A stretch of DNA of 63,959 nt, filler included, from Reclinomonas americana ATCC 50394 (Eukaryota), in the NCBI GenBank assembly GCA_048213135.1. It is 9 parts of 2 records of this genome, joined end to end, with 100 filler letters (N's around TTAATTAATTAA, not from the genome) between each part and the next. Parts side by side here need not be neighbours in the genome. Positions count along the whole stretch, not along the records: positions 24,982 to 51,293 come from PS015360.1; 8 more parts are not named here. The stretch is one strand, 5' to 3'. Below are positions 35,601-47,955 of this stretch, in pieces. Position 1 is the stretch's first letter; every line of letters starts with the position of its first letter. The position numbers were made by a program, and so were the translations under genes. The notes below the pieces were generated by a model, which was not told the origin of the DNA, made no database searches, and worked only from the letters and a program-made list of their open reading frames with translations.

Positions 35601-36740
35601 TGTCCACAATCTTCTGAATAAAGGCCACCACCTCGGGCACATACTCGGTGACACGCGGCATGGCCTGCGCTGGTCGAACCTGGAAAAAGGAGTGCGGAGT
35701 GTGAGACCGAGTGCGAGGGGTGGCGACTGGCGACTGGTGGAGAAACAATAAGCAACTCCCAGCGACGCCATGTCCTCGAGGAAATCACGCTCGTAGTGAC
35801 GAGCGTGGCCCTCAAAGTCGGGTTCACGTGCCGCCGCCTCAGCGCTAATCAGATTGGCACTCAGCGCCGCCTGCTTGATGGCTTGTGCCGCGGCATAGGT
35901 GCGCGCCACCTTGCGCGATTCCTCACCATCGGCCAGCAGCTCACGCGCCTCTGTCAGCGCCTGCTCCAGCGCCGCACTGCACATACGCACACGTCAGCGA
36001 AAGAGAGAGCGACTAGGAGGGAGGGAGGGAGGGAGAGCGGCAGAGACGCAACGATGCAGAAGCGCGTGGAGACAACTCATTCACCAAGTCCTGCAGATGC
36101 TTCTGCGAGGAGGCAATGATGATCTTGTCGTCCACGTCGGTGATGTTCATGACAAACAGCGTCGGCAGGTGGAAGTAGTCCTCCAGCACACGACGGATAA
36201 TGTCAAGCGACACGTAGTTGCTGATCCCAGAGAGCGAGAGATGAGTTCAAGTGTCTCGAGTGTGCAAGCTCTGATTCGCACGCACGCGCGTGCGACCTCA
36301 CCGTGCATGACCCAAGTGCGACACATTGTACACGGTCGGCCCGCACGAGTACCATCGCAGAGGCCCATTGCGCGGCTTGCGAAGAGGCACCTGTTGAGAG
36401 CGCAAATGTGAGCAACTGTGAGCGGAGGTGGGAGGAGGTGGGAGGCAGTCACAGTCACTTGGAAAACACAAACAAGCACACAGTGTGCCTCTCCTACGCA
36501 CACGCACACACGCACACAGACAATGGGGCATGCGTGCGCGCGTGCTGGCGACAACTCCCACTCTCTCAGTCGCACATGACTGACATGTCCCTCACTGCCA
36601 CACGCTCTCTCTCTCCCCCAGCTGAGCACCTTGCTGCGCGTCAACGAGTTGTACACAAAGACTCCAGTCTCCTCGTACTCGCCACTGGCCACACTCGGCT
36701 CAATCCACTTTGGCTGATGACTTCCGCTCGCAGCAGCCAT
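32637..36740 (-). CDS. CARS: Cytosolic cysteinyl-tRNA synthetase with C-terminal EMAP-II/Trbp111-like tRNA-binding OB domain; spans the N gap
   Basis: [88 protein letters not shown], then [48 protein letters not shown]. Confidence 0.95.
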
Positions 36741-36803
36741 GTTGAACAATTGCAAGGTTTTGGCGCGAAATTAATTGTCCCCATACCAAATCTTCCGATC
36801 GCG

Positions 36804-37706
36804 ATGTCGAGGCCGCTGACCGCACTCACTCTCCGCCTCACTGCTCTCCGCGGCCGCGGTCTGTTCGCTCCCCGCGCGATCACCAAAGGCGAGTGCATTG
36901 CCACCGAGCACGCGCTGGTCTGTGCACCGCGTGTCGCTGGTGCATGCACGCACTGTCTGTCGAGGGCGGCTTGTCGATGCAATGCGGAGGCGGGAACGCG
37001 TGGGGAGGTGGAGGAGCTGTGTCGACAGTGGGGCGGCATGCGGTACCCGGTGATGACGAAGCGATTGATGGTGCGCAGTGCACGCGAGGTGGGCTTCTTT
37101 GAGGAGGTGCTGCAGACGTTGTGTTTCGCGCGCATTGCGCCGCCGTATCCGGCTGAGTGGGTGACGTTGTATGAGGCCGCCATGCGCGACTGTGCGAGTT
37201 TGGCGATTGATGAGCAGTGGCGCGGGGTGTGGATGGTGGAGTCGTTTGTGCGGGTGCTGAGTGCGGTGCACATTAATGCGTTTGCGGCGGGCGATGAGTT
37301 GCCCGGATCGGTGTTGTTTCACGAGTTGTCCATGTTGAATCATGCGTGTCGACCGAATGCCGAACTGCGCTTCTCTCTTGTCAGCGGTGCGCGTCTCTCT
37401 CTCTCTCTGTCTCTCTTCATCCTCTCTCTGCTCATTGGCAGCAGCCTCATCCTCCTCGTTGCATGTGCAGGCGACAATGTTCCGCATCCACTCATCGGCT
37501 CACTGATCGCACTGCGCGACATTGCTGTGGACGAGGAGGTTACTGTGTCGTACACGGACGTCAACGCGACGCAAAAGGAGCGACGTGAGGCTCTGCAGTT
37601 TGCCTATGGATTCGACTGCGTGGCCACGTGCACGTCCTCTTGTCGAGACGAGAACGTGGAGACGAAGAGAAGGAGGGCGGTGAATGGCACGCCGCATACG
37701 AGATAG
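36804..37706 (+). CDS. SET-domain (SMYD-like) lysine methyltransferase
   Basis: RGRGLFA...I..GE.I, CTHC, SMLNHACRPNA, ALRDIAVDEEVTVSY, YGFDC; one in-frame intron ~7 kb-independent at ~37388-37470. Confidence 0.88.
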   Translation: MSRPLTALTLRLTALRGRGLFAPRAITKGECIATEHALVCAPRVAGACTHCLSRAACRCNAEAGTRGEVEELCRQWGGMRYPVMTKRLMVRSAREVGFFEEVLQTLCFARIAPPYPAEWVTLYEAAMRDCASLAIDEQWRGVWMVESFVRVLSAVHINAFAAGDELPGSVLFHELSMLNHACRPNAELRFSLVSGARLSLSLSLFILSLLIGSSLILLVACAGDNVPHPLIGSLIALRDIAVDEEVTVSYTDVNATQKERREALQFAYGFDCVATCTSSCRDENVETKRRRAVNGTPHTR

Positions 37707-37765
37707 CAATGTAGTAGCACAGACGCCTCGTGTACTGTCTGTCGCCACAGCTCTACAAATGATGC

Positions 37766-40700
37766 TCACAGCTCGTCGTGCTTCCTGCGCTTCTTTGTCG
37801 CTTTCTTCTGTGGCTTCTTCTTCGTGCTGCTGCTGCTGTTGCTGCTGGCGGCGGTGGTCTCTTCCTCCAACGGCGGCGGCGGTTTCGTGGTGGCTGTCCC
37901 GGCCTCGGCCTTCTTGTTGGAGCTCTTCTTGGGCGTGTCGACCGCCGCTGTCGCCGGCGCTGATTTTTGACTGACTGGTGGTGGTGCAGCGGCTGTGGTT
38001 TCGGTGGTGCCGCGCGCCTTCTCCGCCTCCTCGAATTCGCGCACCACACGATCGTACTCGCTCCATTCGGGTGCCACGCGACGCGCCACGTCCAACTTGG
38101 CCTCCTTGGTCAGCGGGTTGTTGCACTGCGAAGCACAACTCGTCAGCTCCTCAACTGCCGGCATCTTCCTATCACCGCATAGCCACACAAACACACACCA
38201 GATCAATTGTCTTGGCGCGTTCCTTGGTCTCATCCGAGCACCACGTCTCACACCACAGCCACTCTTGCGGCAGAGAGAAAATGCGCACTCCGTGCTGCGC
38301 GTAGTTGGGCAGATCCTGATCCAAGTTGGAGAGGCTGTTTGGATCCTGACTGAGACTGTCGTAGATGGCGCGATAGTGATCGCCGGCTGCCAGTTTGCGG
38401 AAGCGGTACAGGTCAATGACAAAGAGCGCACTGATGTGGTACGGCTTGCCGCGCAGATGCTTCTCCCACTGAGACAACAGCGATGAGTCACAAACACGCA
38501 CGCACACACACATGCAAGGAGATGCTCGTCACAACGCAACGTAGCCAGCCTTCCAGAAACGGAAACCGTCCATTTCCTTGCGCGAGTCGCAGAATGGCGT
38601 GTAGCCGATGGGTGCGCCGTTGAGGTCCATGTTGAACAACTCTGACATGTCGGCGCGCACAATCTGGTGGCACAGGGGTACAGTCAGTGGCACGCACCAC
38701 ACTGAACAATGCTGGCAATGCACGACAAGCCTGATCGGCGTCCACAAAGATGATCTTGCGCAGGCTCAGCGGGAAAATGACGTCCACGAACAGCACCTTG
38801 TACCTGCACGGCATGTGTGTGAGTGCCAGAGAAAGAGCCGATTAATGTCGGTGCGCAAACGCACGCCCAGATGATTCGCTGCTTCTCGGTCTGCTTATTG
38901 AGCCAGGTCGGCCACTTGTAGGCCACCAACTCGTACTCGAATCCGATTTGCTCCGCATATCTTGGCAGTGAGCGCTGTGTGGACACGTGTCAGAACCATG
39001 CGGTGTCACTCACTTGCCCCCCAGAGTGTGTGGCGTACCTTGAATTGCGGGCTCAAGAACTGCTTGAGGAACCAGAACTTGAGCGGTGATTTGGTGTGCC
39101 GACGGACAGCCATGATCATGATCTTCAGTAGCCGCTCATACAAATGACCACTGGCCACACTGAAAATGTGCACCGTGTCGCCTGCCGAGGCACCGCCGCC
39201 ACCGCCGAACATACTGTGTGCGAGGTCGATGGCGGGTGAGTACACAAAAAGATAGCAGTTGGCAGATGGGATGCGCGACGACACGCACTTGCTCAAACTG
39301 TTCCACAACCCGCTGCCACTGTCCTCGCCCTCGCTGCCGTCCGCCTGCACATCCAGCACACTTTCCGCCTCTTTGCCCGCACGCTTCTGCACCCACAGGA
39401 ACAATTCATCTCCCTCAAAGTTGTCCATGAGGAACGACTGGTTGTCGGCGTGACCGCCGGTGCGATTGTTGGTGCTGAGGAAGTGCAGGTTGTTGATCTC
39501 GTAGATCTCCGATGCGCGGCCTTGAAATGCAAAGAGAGAGTGTGTGCGTTCAGTACGTCAGATATATCTGTCGCCAGACAAAGATGATGTGAGAATACCA
39601 CACCTTCGGCCAGTCCGAGTGTGAACAGGCCTGGTCGACCCTTCAGCTGGAAGTAGCCATAATTCGCCATCACAATGGTGTCATCCACCAACGACCGGTC
39701 AGCACCACCACGGAGCTCCAGCTCGAGACCACGCGGTGGAGCATTAGTCTTGTCGTAGCATTGACCTAAAAGCACGAAGGAGTAAGAGGGAAACTGGAAC
39801 TGCGATGGAAGAGGGCAAGCACCACGCACCCGTGAGCACCATGTCCTCCAGCTCAAACTCGGCACTAACGACAGATCTACTCGTGCGATACGCAAAGCGA
39901 GTGAGCGACAGGCCGATGCAACATCTGTGGAGCGCGTCGCCCACTCACCGTGGCTGCGCAGTCAGACGGATGTTGTCGAGGTCTTCTTCCGCGAGCACCG
40001 ATTCCACCAGCCACGATTCCGGCGGCAACACATTCATGGTCAACACATAGTGCGTGGGCAGGCCGGCAAACTCCACACGCGGAGCTGGCAAGACAATTTG
40101 GCATGCCACGAATGAGCCAGCGCACATGCGCAATACAATGTGCAGCGAAAGATAAAACGCACCCGAGTTGGAGAACGGCTCGGCCGTGATGAAGCGGTAG
40201 AAGCTGCGCAATCGCGGTGGCAGCGAGAACGACTTTTGCGACGACAGATACACGGACACGGCTGCGCCGGCATCGTACAGAGTCTGCGTGCGATCCACGA
40301 CTGAGTGTCTCATTGCAAGATTTCATGTTGAAATGAACAGTTAGCAACCTGCAAAAAGTTGGCCGCCTTGGCTGCAAACTGGGCCAGTGGGTCCATGACC
40401 ACCTCAATGCGCACAAATGGCAGTTGGCCATTCGAGTCCAGAGAAATCGAACTGTGCGGATCCGACGGAGTGAGGGCGACAGCAAGACATGCACAGTGGG
40501 GGAATGGACGGCAGGCACGCAACGCTCGCTTGTCCAACCCAGGTGGCAGCTCCTCATGCGAGATCTGCTGCTGGTACTGACGGTGCACCAAGAACGACGA
40601 CACGCCGAGCACAATCGACGATTGCTCCCTGCGCAGCACTCTTTAGTCACGGAACTCTCATCCTCCCTCTTAATTCTCGTGCACGCAACCGTGAGCTTCG

Positions 40701-43700
40701 CGAGTTCCACGAATCGTCCAAACGGATCATGTCGTACACAGGTCGCAGGCGCTCATCGTGCTCCTTGCGGTGCAGCAGGTGCCAGTCGTCGACGGCGAAC
40801 AGCCCATACGAGGGGAATCGCACCATCTACCACAACACGCGAGTGAGATCAAGCACCTCACAGCACGGCGCATAGCTGACGAAACTCGTCCATTGACAAT
40901 GATCGCCGCTTGGCTGTTGGTCTGGTCACGCAAGAAGGCAGATACGGCACTGAACTCTTTCTGGAAGGCGTGGTACTCGGATTCGAGAATCGCGCGTTCG
41001 CCAGCTGCGCACATATCAGCAACAGTCATGAAAAAGGACACTGCATGAAACGCGCACCGTCCGTCAGCACACGATTCACACGGTCAGCCATGCACTGGTC
41101 TGGCACCGGATCGTCCTTGGTCACCGACAGCGCGAAATCGCTTCCGAGCACATCCAGTCCCTCGGCACCAACACGAACATGCTTCTCTGCGTGCGCCAAT
41201 TGCACTCGCAGTTTGCGCAACAGATTGAGTCGCTCGTGGCGCGACAGATCGTCCTGCCCGCATCGTGCATCGGAACCCACGAGAATAGTGTGCGTCAGCA
41301 TCGCAATCGCCGGGTTCTGCAGGCACAAGTACACGGGTCGGTTCTCCCGACGTCTTGTACAGAGAAGTACTATATGAACACACACACCTGCGGAGGCAGG
41401 TACACAAAGGAGAGGTTCACGATCGAGTGCGGAGCCCGGGTCTGCATGCACCACCAACAAGAATGTGCGTCAAACAACAATGCGCGCTGAGTGCAGAACG
41501 TCACCGACAGCCAGCACTCACAAGGAAATCCAGGCCATCGATGACCATGGTGAGACCGTCGACAGTCGACGGGTCGAAGAGCACCATGGTGGTCACCGGC
41601 ACGCGCGACTTTGACTGTGTGCGGGACACAAAGTAGCTCGACGCCTGCGGCAAGCGCGACAGTTCGCCCATCACTGGCGACGACGGCACCGCCATCGGCA
41701 GCGACACAAACTCGAGGCCAGCGGTCACTGCCAGACTCAGCTTCTGCACTCGTGAACACACCACAGCGCTCGTCAGCGCAAGGGAGAACAAGGCGCTCAC
41801 ACCTCTATCATACCACCCACCTTGACTGCACTCGATGTGAGGTAAGAGTACACGTTGGTGGAATCATTGATGGCTCCCTCCAGCAGCTTGCCAATCAACA
41901 GTCGGTTCTCGCTGGTGACACCAGCAGCAAACAGGTACGCCTCAGGCTGCGTGTGAATGTGGGTGTGTGCGCGTGTCAGTCAACACCCAATGTCACCCTG
42001 AAGAAGACGCAGAAAGGACGATTGCAAACCGACGGATAGTTGATGTGAATTCCGTTCAGCAGCATCACGCACGAGGCGGAGGCGAGGCCGCGGTTCACTG
42101 CAAACTCGTTCGTACGCACAATCGAGCGGACGTAGGAGCCCGACGACAGGATCTCCATCGCGTCAGACCTGGAAGGTCGTAGACTCAGACAAGCAAAGTA
42201 TAGAAGTAAACAGGCATCGCTGTCACCACACGCAACTTGGTTGCTTCTCCATGTTGCGGGTGCGCAGCATTGGCCGTCAGCACGGCATCGTACGCGTCAA
42301 GCACCATGTCCATGGAGAGCGGAAGATCGGCGTTCGCGTTCGCCTGCTCTTGCCACACCACGAAAGCACGATAGTAGAAGAGCAAGCTGGCCGGCGCACC
42401 AAAGCGCTTCCGCACATGACGGAAGAGTGCATTCAGTGCATACGACACCGACGCCTTGGTGTCGAACGTAAAGGCTAACAAGGCACACGCGCACACACAC
42501 GGTGTGAGTCACACAAGTCAGAAACAGAGTGCTATCTGGCAAACAGACCTTGCGCGGACACACTGTCATCATCACCGCCTTCGTCATCGCTACCACGAGT
42601 GGCCACGCTGCACAAGAACAGTGAGCCACTTTTTGTCGGTGATAGTGGCGTCGATACGGATCGCAGACCTGATGCGTTGCTGCGTCTTGAAAGTGACGTA
42701 CTCGTCGATATCACCCATGGACACGAGCATTATGCGGACAGGTGCACGCTGGCTGAGCATCATGTACAACGATGCCGCCGTCCGCAAGTCACTCACACTG
42801 CACGAGTCGCGCCAAGTAAGACGACACTGGAAGAGAACAAGCAGAAGAAAAAAAGGAAATGAGTGCAGCACCGTCCCGGATCCACGGCAGTCACCACCGT
42901 GTACAGATTACGCGCAATCGGTGTCACGCGGCCCGGATACTGCGGCTTCAGCATCTGGTCGTAGATTGAAAAAGCGCGTCAGTGTTGGAGGACGATTCAG
43001 AACAACAGCACCAATCTCACCTCCTTCAGTGTCTTCGGCCAGCGAGCGTAAGTCTGATCGGTCTCCAGGTCGTTGATCGTCACAATCACACCCATCGGTG
43101 CATCAGTTACCACATCAACACGAGGACTCTGCTCTTGCACATGAGCCACACGTCGGCACGACGATACGTACTGAGAGGTGCACACACCGGCGAGGAGAAT
43201 TTGATGGCCAGCAGCTTGCCGACCACTGCATGCTGCAAGCCGAGTGAAGCCAGCGCCGACCCTGCACCGTGCTCCTCCTTGACAATGCGGAGCGCGCTGC
43301 AGAGCGCACACAATCAACCACAGCGACCAGCACAGAAAGACAAGTGTGATAGGAAGTGGGGTACCTGAAAATGCTGGCCACCTCCATGCGGATCGGGCGC
43401 CCGTTGATGAAGAAGCGAATCTCTGTCGAGCGACCAAGGTGAGCGAAGGAAAAAGAACAGCAAGTGACTTCACCCACACCTTGCGAGGGATCAGCCGGGG
43501 CATTCTGACGCAGGGCATTGGCGACCTTCGACTTGGCGATCTTCGGCATGCGCTTCAGCTGCGGTGCCAGCGCCGGCCAATTCTCCGTCACGTGTCGCAG
43601 CGTGGCGAGCGGGCTCGGGCTGTTGAGCACCACGGCACTGCCGCGCATACCCACCGTGGCAACATCGACCTCCTCCCACTTGTGCAACTCGGCCTCCGCT

Positions 43701-45091
43701 GGCGTCAACTCGCACGACGGCACGCTGTCGGCATCGACGCCAGCCTCCGCCAACACGGCCTTGGTCAATTCGTACTGGCAGTCCACGGCTGCGAGGGGAG
43801 ACAACAGACGGGAAGTGAGCGAGTGACAATCAGTGTCGGGTGACTATAGGTCAACTGCGCAACTATCGTCGGAGCCGGCCTTGCCACTGGCGTTCAGCGC
43901 ACTGTACTCAGTGCTCTTGACCTGCAACTCAACACCGTAGCCAGTGAGCGGCTGCGGCGATGCGGTGCTTCCGGAAGCCGTCGGGGCAAATGGTCGCCAC
44001 ACATAGCGAACCGAGCCATCGACAGCGCGCCTGTGTGTGCACGAGTGAGCTTCCCCGCAGCAAGCCACCGGCAGCGCATCATCCTACGCAACTGTCGCAG
44101 CGCAAAGTGCAGTGGGAGGAAGGCGTCGGTCTCGGGCGTTCCGTACAGCACCGCCAGCGGCAACTTGTCACCGGGTGTGCCAAACACGAAACCGGCCTCC
44201 ATGCGAGTCACCAGCAACCCGCTGCACGAGCGCAGTGAGAAAGAGAGAAAGCGGGGAACAGTAAGTGGCAGCTGCTTGCAAGACGCAACAGACGCTCGCT
44301 GTCTGTGGAGGTGGCCGCCGGCGTGTTCTTCTGCAACTGGTCGGCACTGACAAACGCCGACGATCCCACCACGACAAACGTGCTGGTCTCTGATACACGC
44401 CTCGCTCAACAACAAAAATGCAAACCGCAAAGCAGCAGCAGCGGACGCAACCTTCGGGCAAGCCAAACAAGCGCAAGACCTCGCGTGTCGACTCACGAAA
44501 CATCTCCACACGTGGCGATTTCTCATGCAGCTGCAACGAGAATTGCAACAAGGCCGACGAGAAGGCCTGTCACACACACACACGCGCACACGCACACAGA
44601 GTGAGTGAGAGTCCATGTGTGCACGCCTGTGTCACTGTCACGTAACAGGCTCATTGCCGAACAAGTCCGCACAAAAGCCGACAGTGTCTTCCGCGCTCCA
44701 TTGCACACGCTCCGCACTGGCGAGCTTGGCGCGTGTCTCCACCAGAGGCCACACCAAGTCGGGGTTCATGTCACCAAGAAACTCGCTGTGTGTGTGCATT
44801 GCGTGAGTGTGCGAGAGCGTGTCCAGTGTGCGTCACGTGCACTCACCATGCCTCCAGAAAGGCAGGCGTGCGAGTCCACTTGGCCACAAGACCGACACTG
44901 ACATCGACAGGAAGCGCGGGCGGTGGCGCTCCAGAGAGAGCGGAGGCGGAGCGCGAGTTGTCGTCATCACTCTCTTCAGTCACGGTGAACACCTCCTCCG
45001 AGACCACTGGCGCCTCATTGCACGTGCACAGCAGTGCGGTGGCGATGCTGAGCAGTGCAAGAGCAAGAAGCAGAACTGCGGGAGACCGCAT
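37766..45091 (-). CDS. UGGT: UDP-glucose:glycoprotein glucosyltransferase
   Basis: Signal peptide; [115 protein letters not shown]-terminal HDEL; many introns. Confidence 0.97.
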
Positions 45092-45140
45092 TCGTTGTTC
45101 TCCGTCGAAACGAAGACGACACTGTTGAGAGGACATCATA

Positions 45141-47863
45141 TCATTCACTCTCGAGAAGCCACAGGCCCAGCGACTGCATGGTCTGACGCTTCGGTGGTAG
45201 TGTGCCAGCAACGTGAACGATGGCCGGCGAACCTGCATCCCACATGCCTCGGTCGACGACGTCTGGGGTCTTCCAGCTGAGCGTCTCGAAGCCCATGGTG
45301 ACACCAGCCTGCGACACGTCGAGCCAGTCGAAGACAAGGCGGTCGAGACGCACGTGGTATTCGACCAGCAGATTGAGTATGAGCTGCTCGGCGTGCGTCG
45401 ACCAGTGCATGTCCAGCAGGCCGAGGAGGTGCGTCAGAAGACGCAGGGAGTATGCAGTTGGTCGAATGGTGAAGACACCGGCGTTCAAAGCGAAGAAGCG
45501 CTGGTTTTCGGCACACGTGCGCGTGACCTGCATCGCGCGCCATGATGGGTGTATGCAGGGTAGAGTGGTAACGGAAGAGATCACACGCACCCACGGGTCG
45601 CTGTGAAGGCTGTTGAGCGGTACATACGCCCAGGGTGCACGTCGGCGTTGATGCGACGGGGTGTGGAGGAGGGCGGTGAAATCGATCCGATAGTTGTGCA
45701 AGTCGGCCAGCACCAGCAGGTCGGGTGCGGTCAGGCTGTCAGCGTCGGCAAGTTGCGGCATGTGTGCCAAGTGACTGACAAACACGGCGTCGACGTCGGC
45801 GTAAAATGGTCGGTAGCCACACCGAACCATGAGGTAGGCGTAGAGCCAGCGCGTGTTGACCACGTTGGGAAACCGGAGCGGTACGTCGCCGCGGCCACCA
45901 ACGCCACCGGACCTGCAATGCACGGATCTCAGCCGACAGCTAAAAACAACGACATGACAGTCTCTTCTTCTTCTTCTTTGCACGCGGACAAACCATCCAT
46001 AGTCGTCGAGATATGCAGCCGCCTCCCGGTCGGGGCCAAGGATGCTCTTGACGATACGCAGCGTGACTTCGTCTTCGCACACCACCAGCGGCAGCACAGC
46101 GTCGCCGTGGAACTTCCAAAAGTGGAGCAGCCAGTTGCGCAGCATGAGAGCCCAGTCGCCACCATTGTCATCGTCGTCCGACAACTTGACCGCAGTGAAC
46201 ACGACAACCGAGTCACCGCCACCGTCGGGACGAGCCGACAGTGAGAAGGGGTGCGCGGCAAGATGCTGTGCCAGGCGGCGCAACTTGGACCGGTCTTCCC
46301 GCAGCACTGACCCCTCCACGAACAACGACGAGGGTGCAGGCGCCTGCACATTGCCGACAGCCACCTCAGCCTCCAGCAGCGCCCTCCGCTGCGTGAGCAC
46401 TCGCCACAAGTGCTCCTCCAGACCACGGCACAACGCGTCCGGATAGAATCCTACGCGGAAGCCAGCAGCCTCATACTCTGGCGTCAAGAGCAGCTGGCGG
46501 TGCGGTTCCTCCAGATCAGGGAGTGGAGGTGGCAGAAGCCACTTGCTGCGCTCCACAAACACGCGCCCATGGAATGGACAGTCTGCGACCACAGCGGGAA
46601 AGGAAGTCACGAACTTTCCGACTGCAAAGCACATTGGAAGACCAGACCAGCGGTGCCCCTGAGCAGGCAGACGAGATCGACATCTGCGGCTGAACTCTGC
46701 AGCGACTTGATGGTGAGCTCCCTGCCGTATCGCCACTCGGCAAACACCGGCCGCGGAAGGTCACTGGTTTCTGGATCATCGACAGGCAGTGGAAGGATTG
46801 GAGCGCTCTCGTCCACCAGCCCCGGTGGCGGTGGTGGTGGTGACCGGTACCAGAGTGATGGTCGCTGCACGAAAACAACACTTGAGACGGAACGCTTCGT
46901 GCTTCTTCTTCTTCCTCTCGGACCCCAGTTCACGCAACCACCGGCATGAGCACGCGAAAGTCGCAGACAAACTTTCTCAACGCCACCACATCGGGATCGG
47001 CGCTCACAAGGCTCGTCCACGCGGCCTGCATGGCGGCCGGAAGCGACGACACTGGCAAGCCCTGACGATGGATGAAATCGAGCACTGCACGAAAGACGAC
47101 ACGTGAGGCATACAGCACACGTACACACACCGCAAGCTCCCCATCAAGCAGTGCGCACCCCCTTCGCGCACAGTCTTCACACTCTCGAGCAACACCTCGA
47201 ACTGCTGCCCGCCAACAGTCAGCATAACACCGCGAATGTCGCCGGGAATGGCATCACGCGGTGCGTCCGACAGTAGCTCCCTCTCGTTCTCCCCCGCATA
47301 CATGAATCCGCAGCCAATGGCCACTGCTCGCTTCCGCTATCATCGTCGTCAGCAGAGCACGGAGTGAGCACGAGAAATTTGCGGTACAGACGACAGACCA
47401 TCACATGAGAGCACACATCCTGCAGGAGTTGCGTCCGCATGGGTGAGTCGGCGAGCCACGGCGTGCCGGATCCGTGTGCACGATGCAGAAAGTCGTCCAC
47501 TGCCACCAACACCAATCATCATCTTCATCATCATGTGATCACATGCACGCAATGCACTCTCCACCGACCTGCTTCACCAAGTGTCGAGTGACCAGTGAGT
47601 TGCAGACTACTGACACTACCGGAGGCGGTTAACGACAAGGCGGCGGAAGACAGGCTGGCCACACGCCAGTGCATGCTGCTACTGCCGTCGTTGCTGTCGG
47701 CTAGAGGCAGCACAGTCACCTGGTGAATGCCGGCTTGCAAGAACGGCTGCACGGGTACGCTGCTCATCAGCGACACCGGTGGCAACGTGCAGAGTGTGCA
47801 GTGCGCCAGGCATAGCACAAGCAACAGTGACGGCAGCAGCAAAGAGGCTGCTTGTCGTCTCAT
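45141..47863 (-). CDS. Secretory nucleotide-diphospho-sugar transferase (GT-A, GT77-like) with a long N-terminal region; paralog A
   Basis: Signal/anchor MRRQAASLLLPSLLLVLCLA; MLRNWLLHF, YADVDAVF (DxD), LNAGVF, EQLILN, IVHVAG. Confidence 0.75.
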
Positions 47864-47955
47864 CAACTTGCCAAAAAGTGAAAACGAAAATGCGACACCG
47901 TTCTTCGTTCGAAAACACCAAGCAACAACCACTGGTACCATTCGCCACGTCTACA

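Noticed and set aside
34010..35751. Long ORFs spanning poly-N
   Set aside because: Artifacts of the scaffold gap inside CysRS
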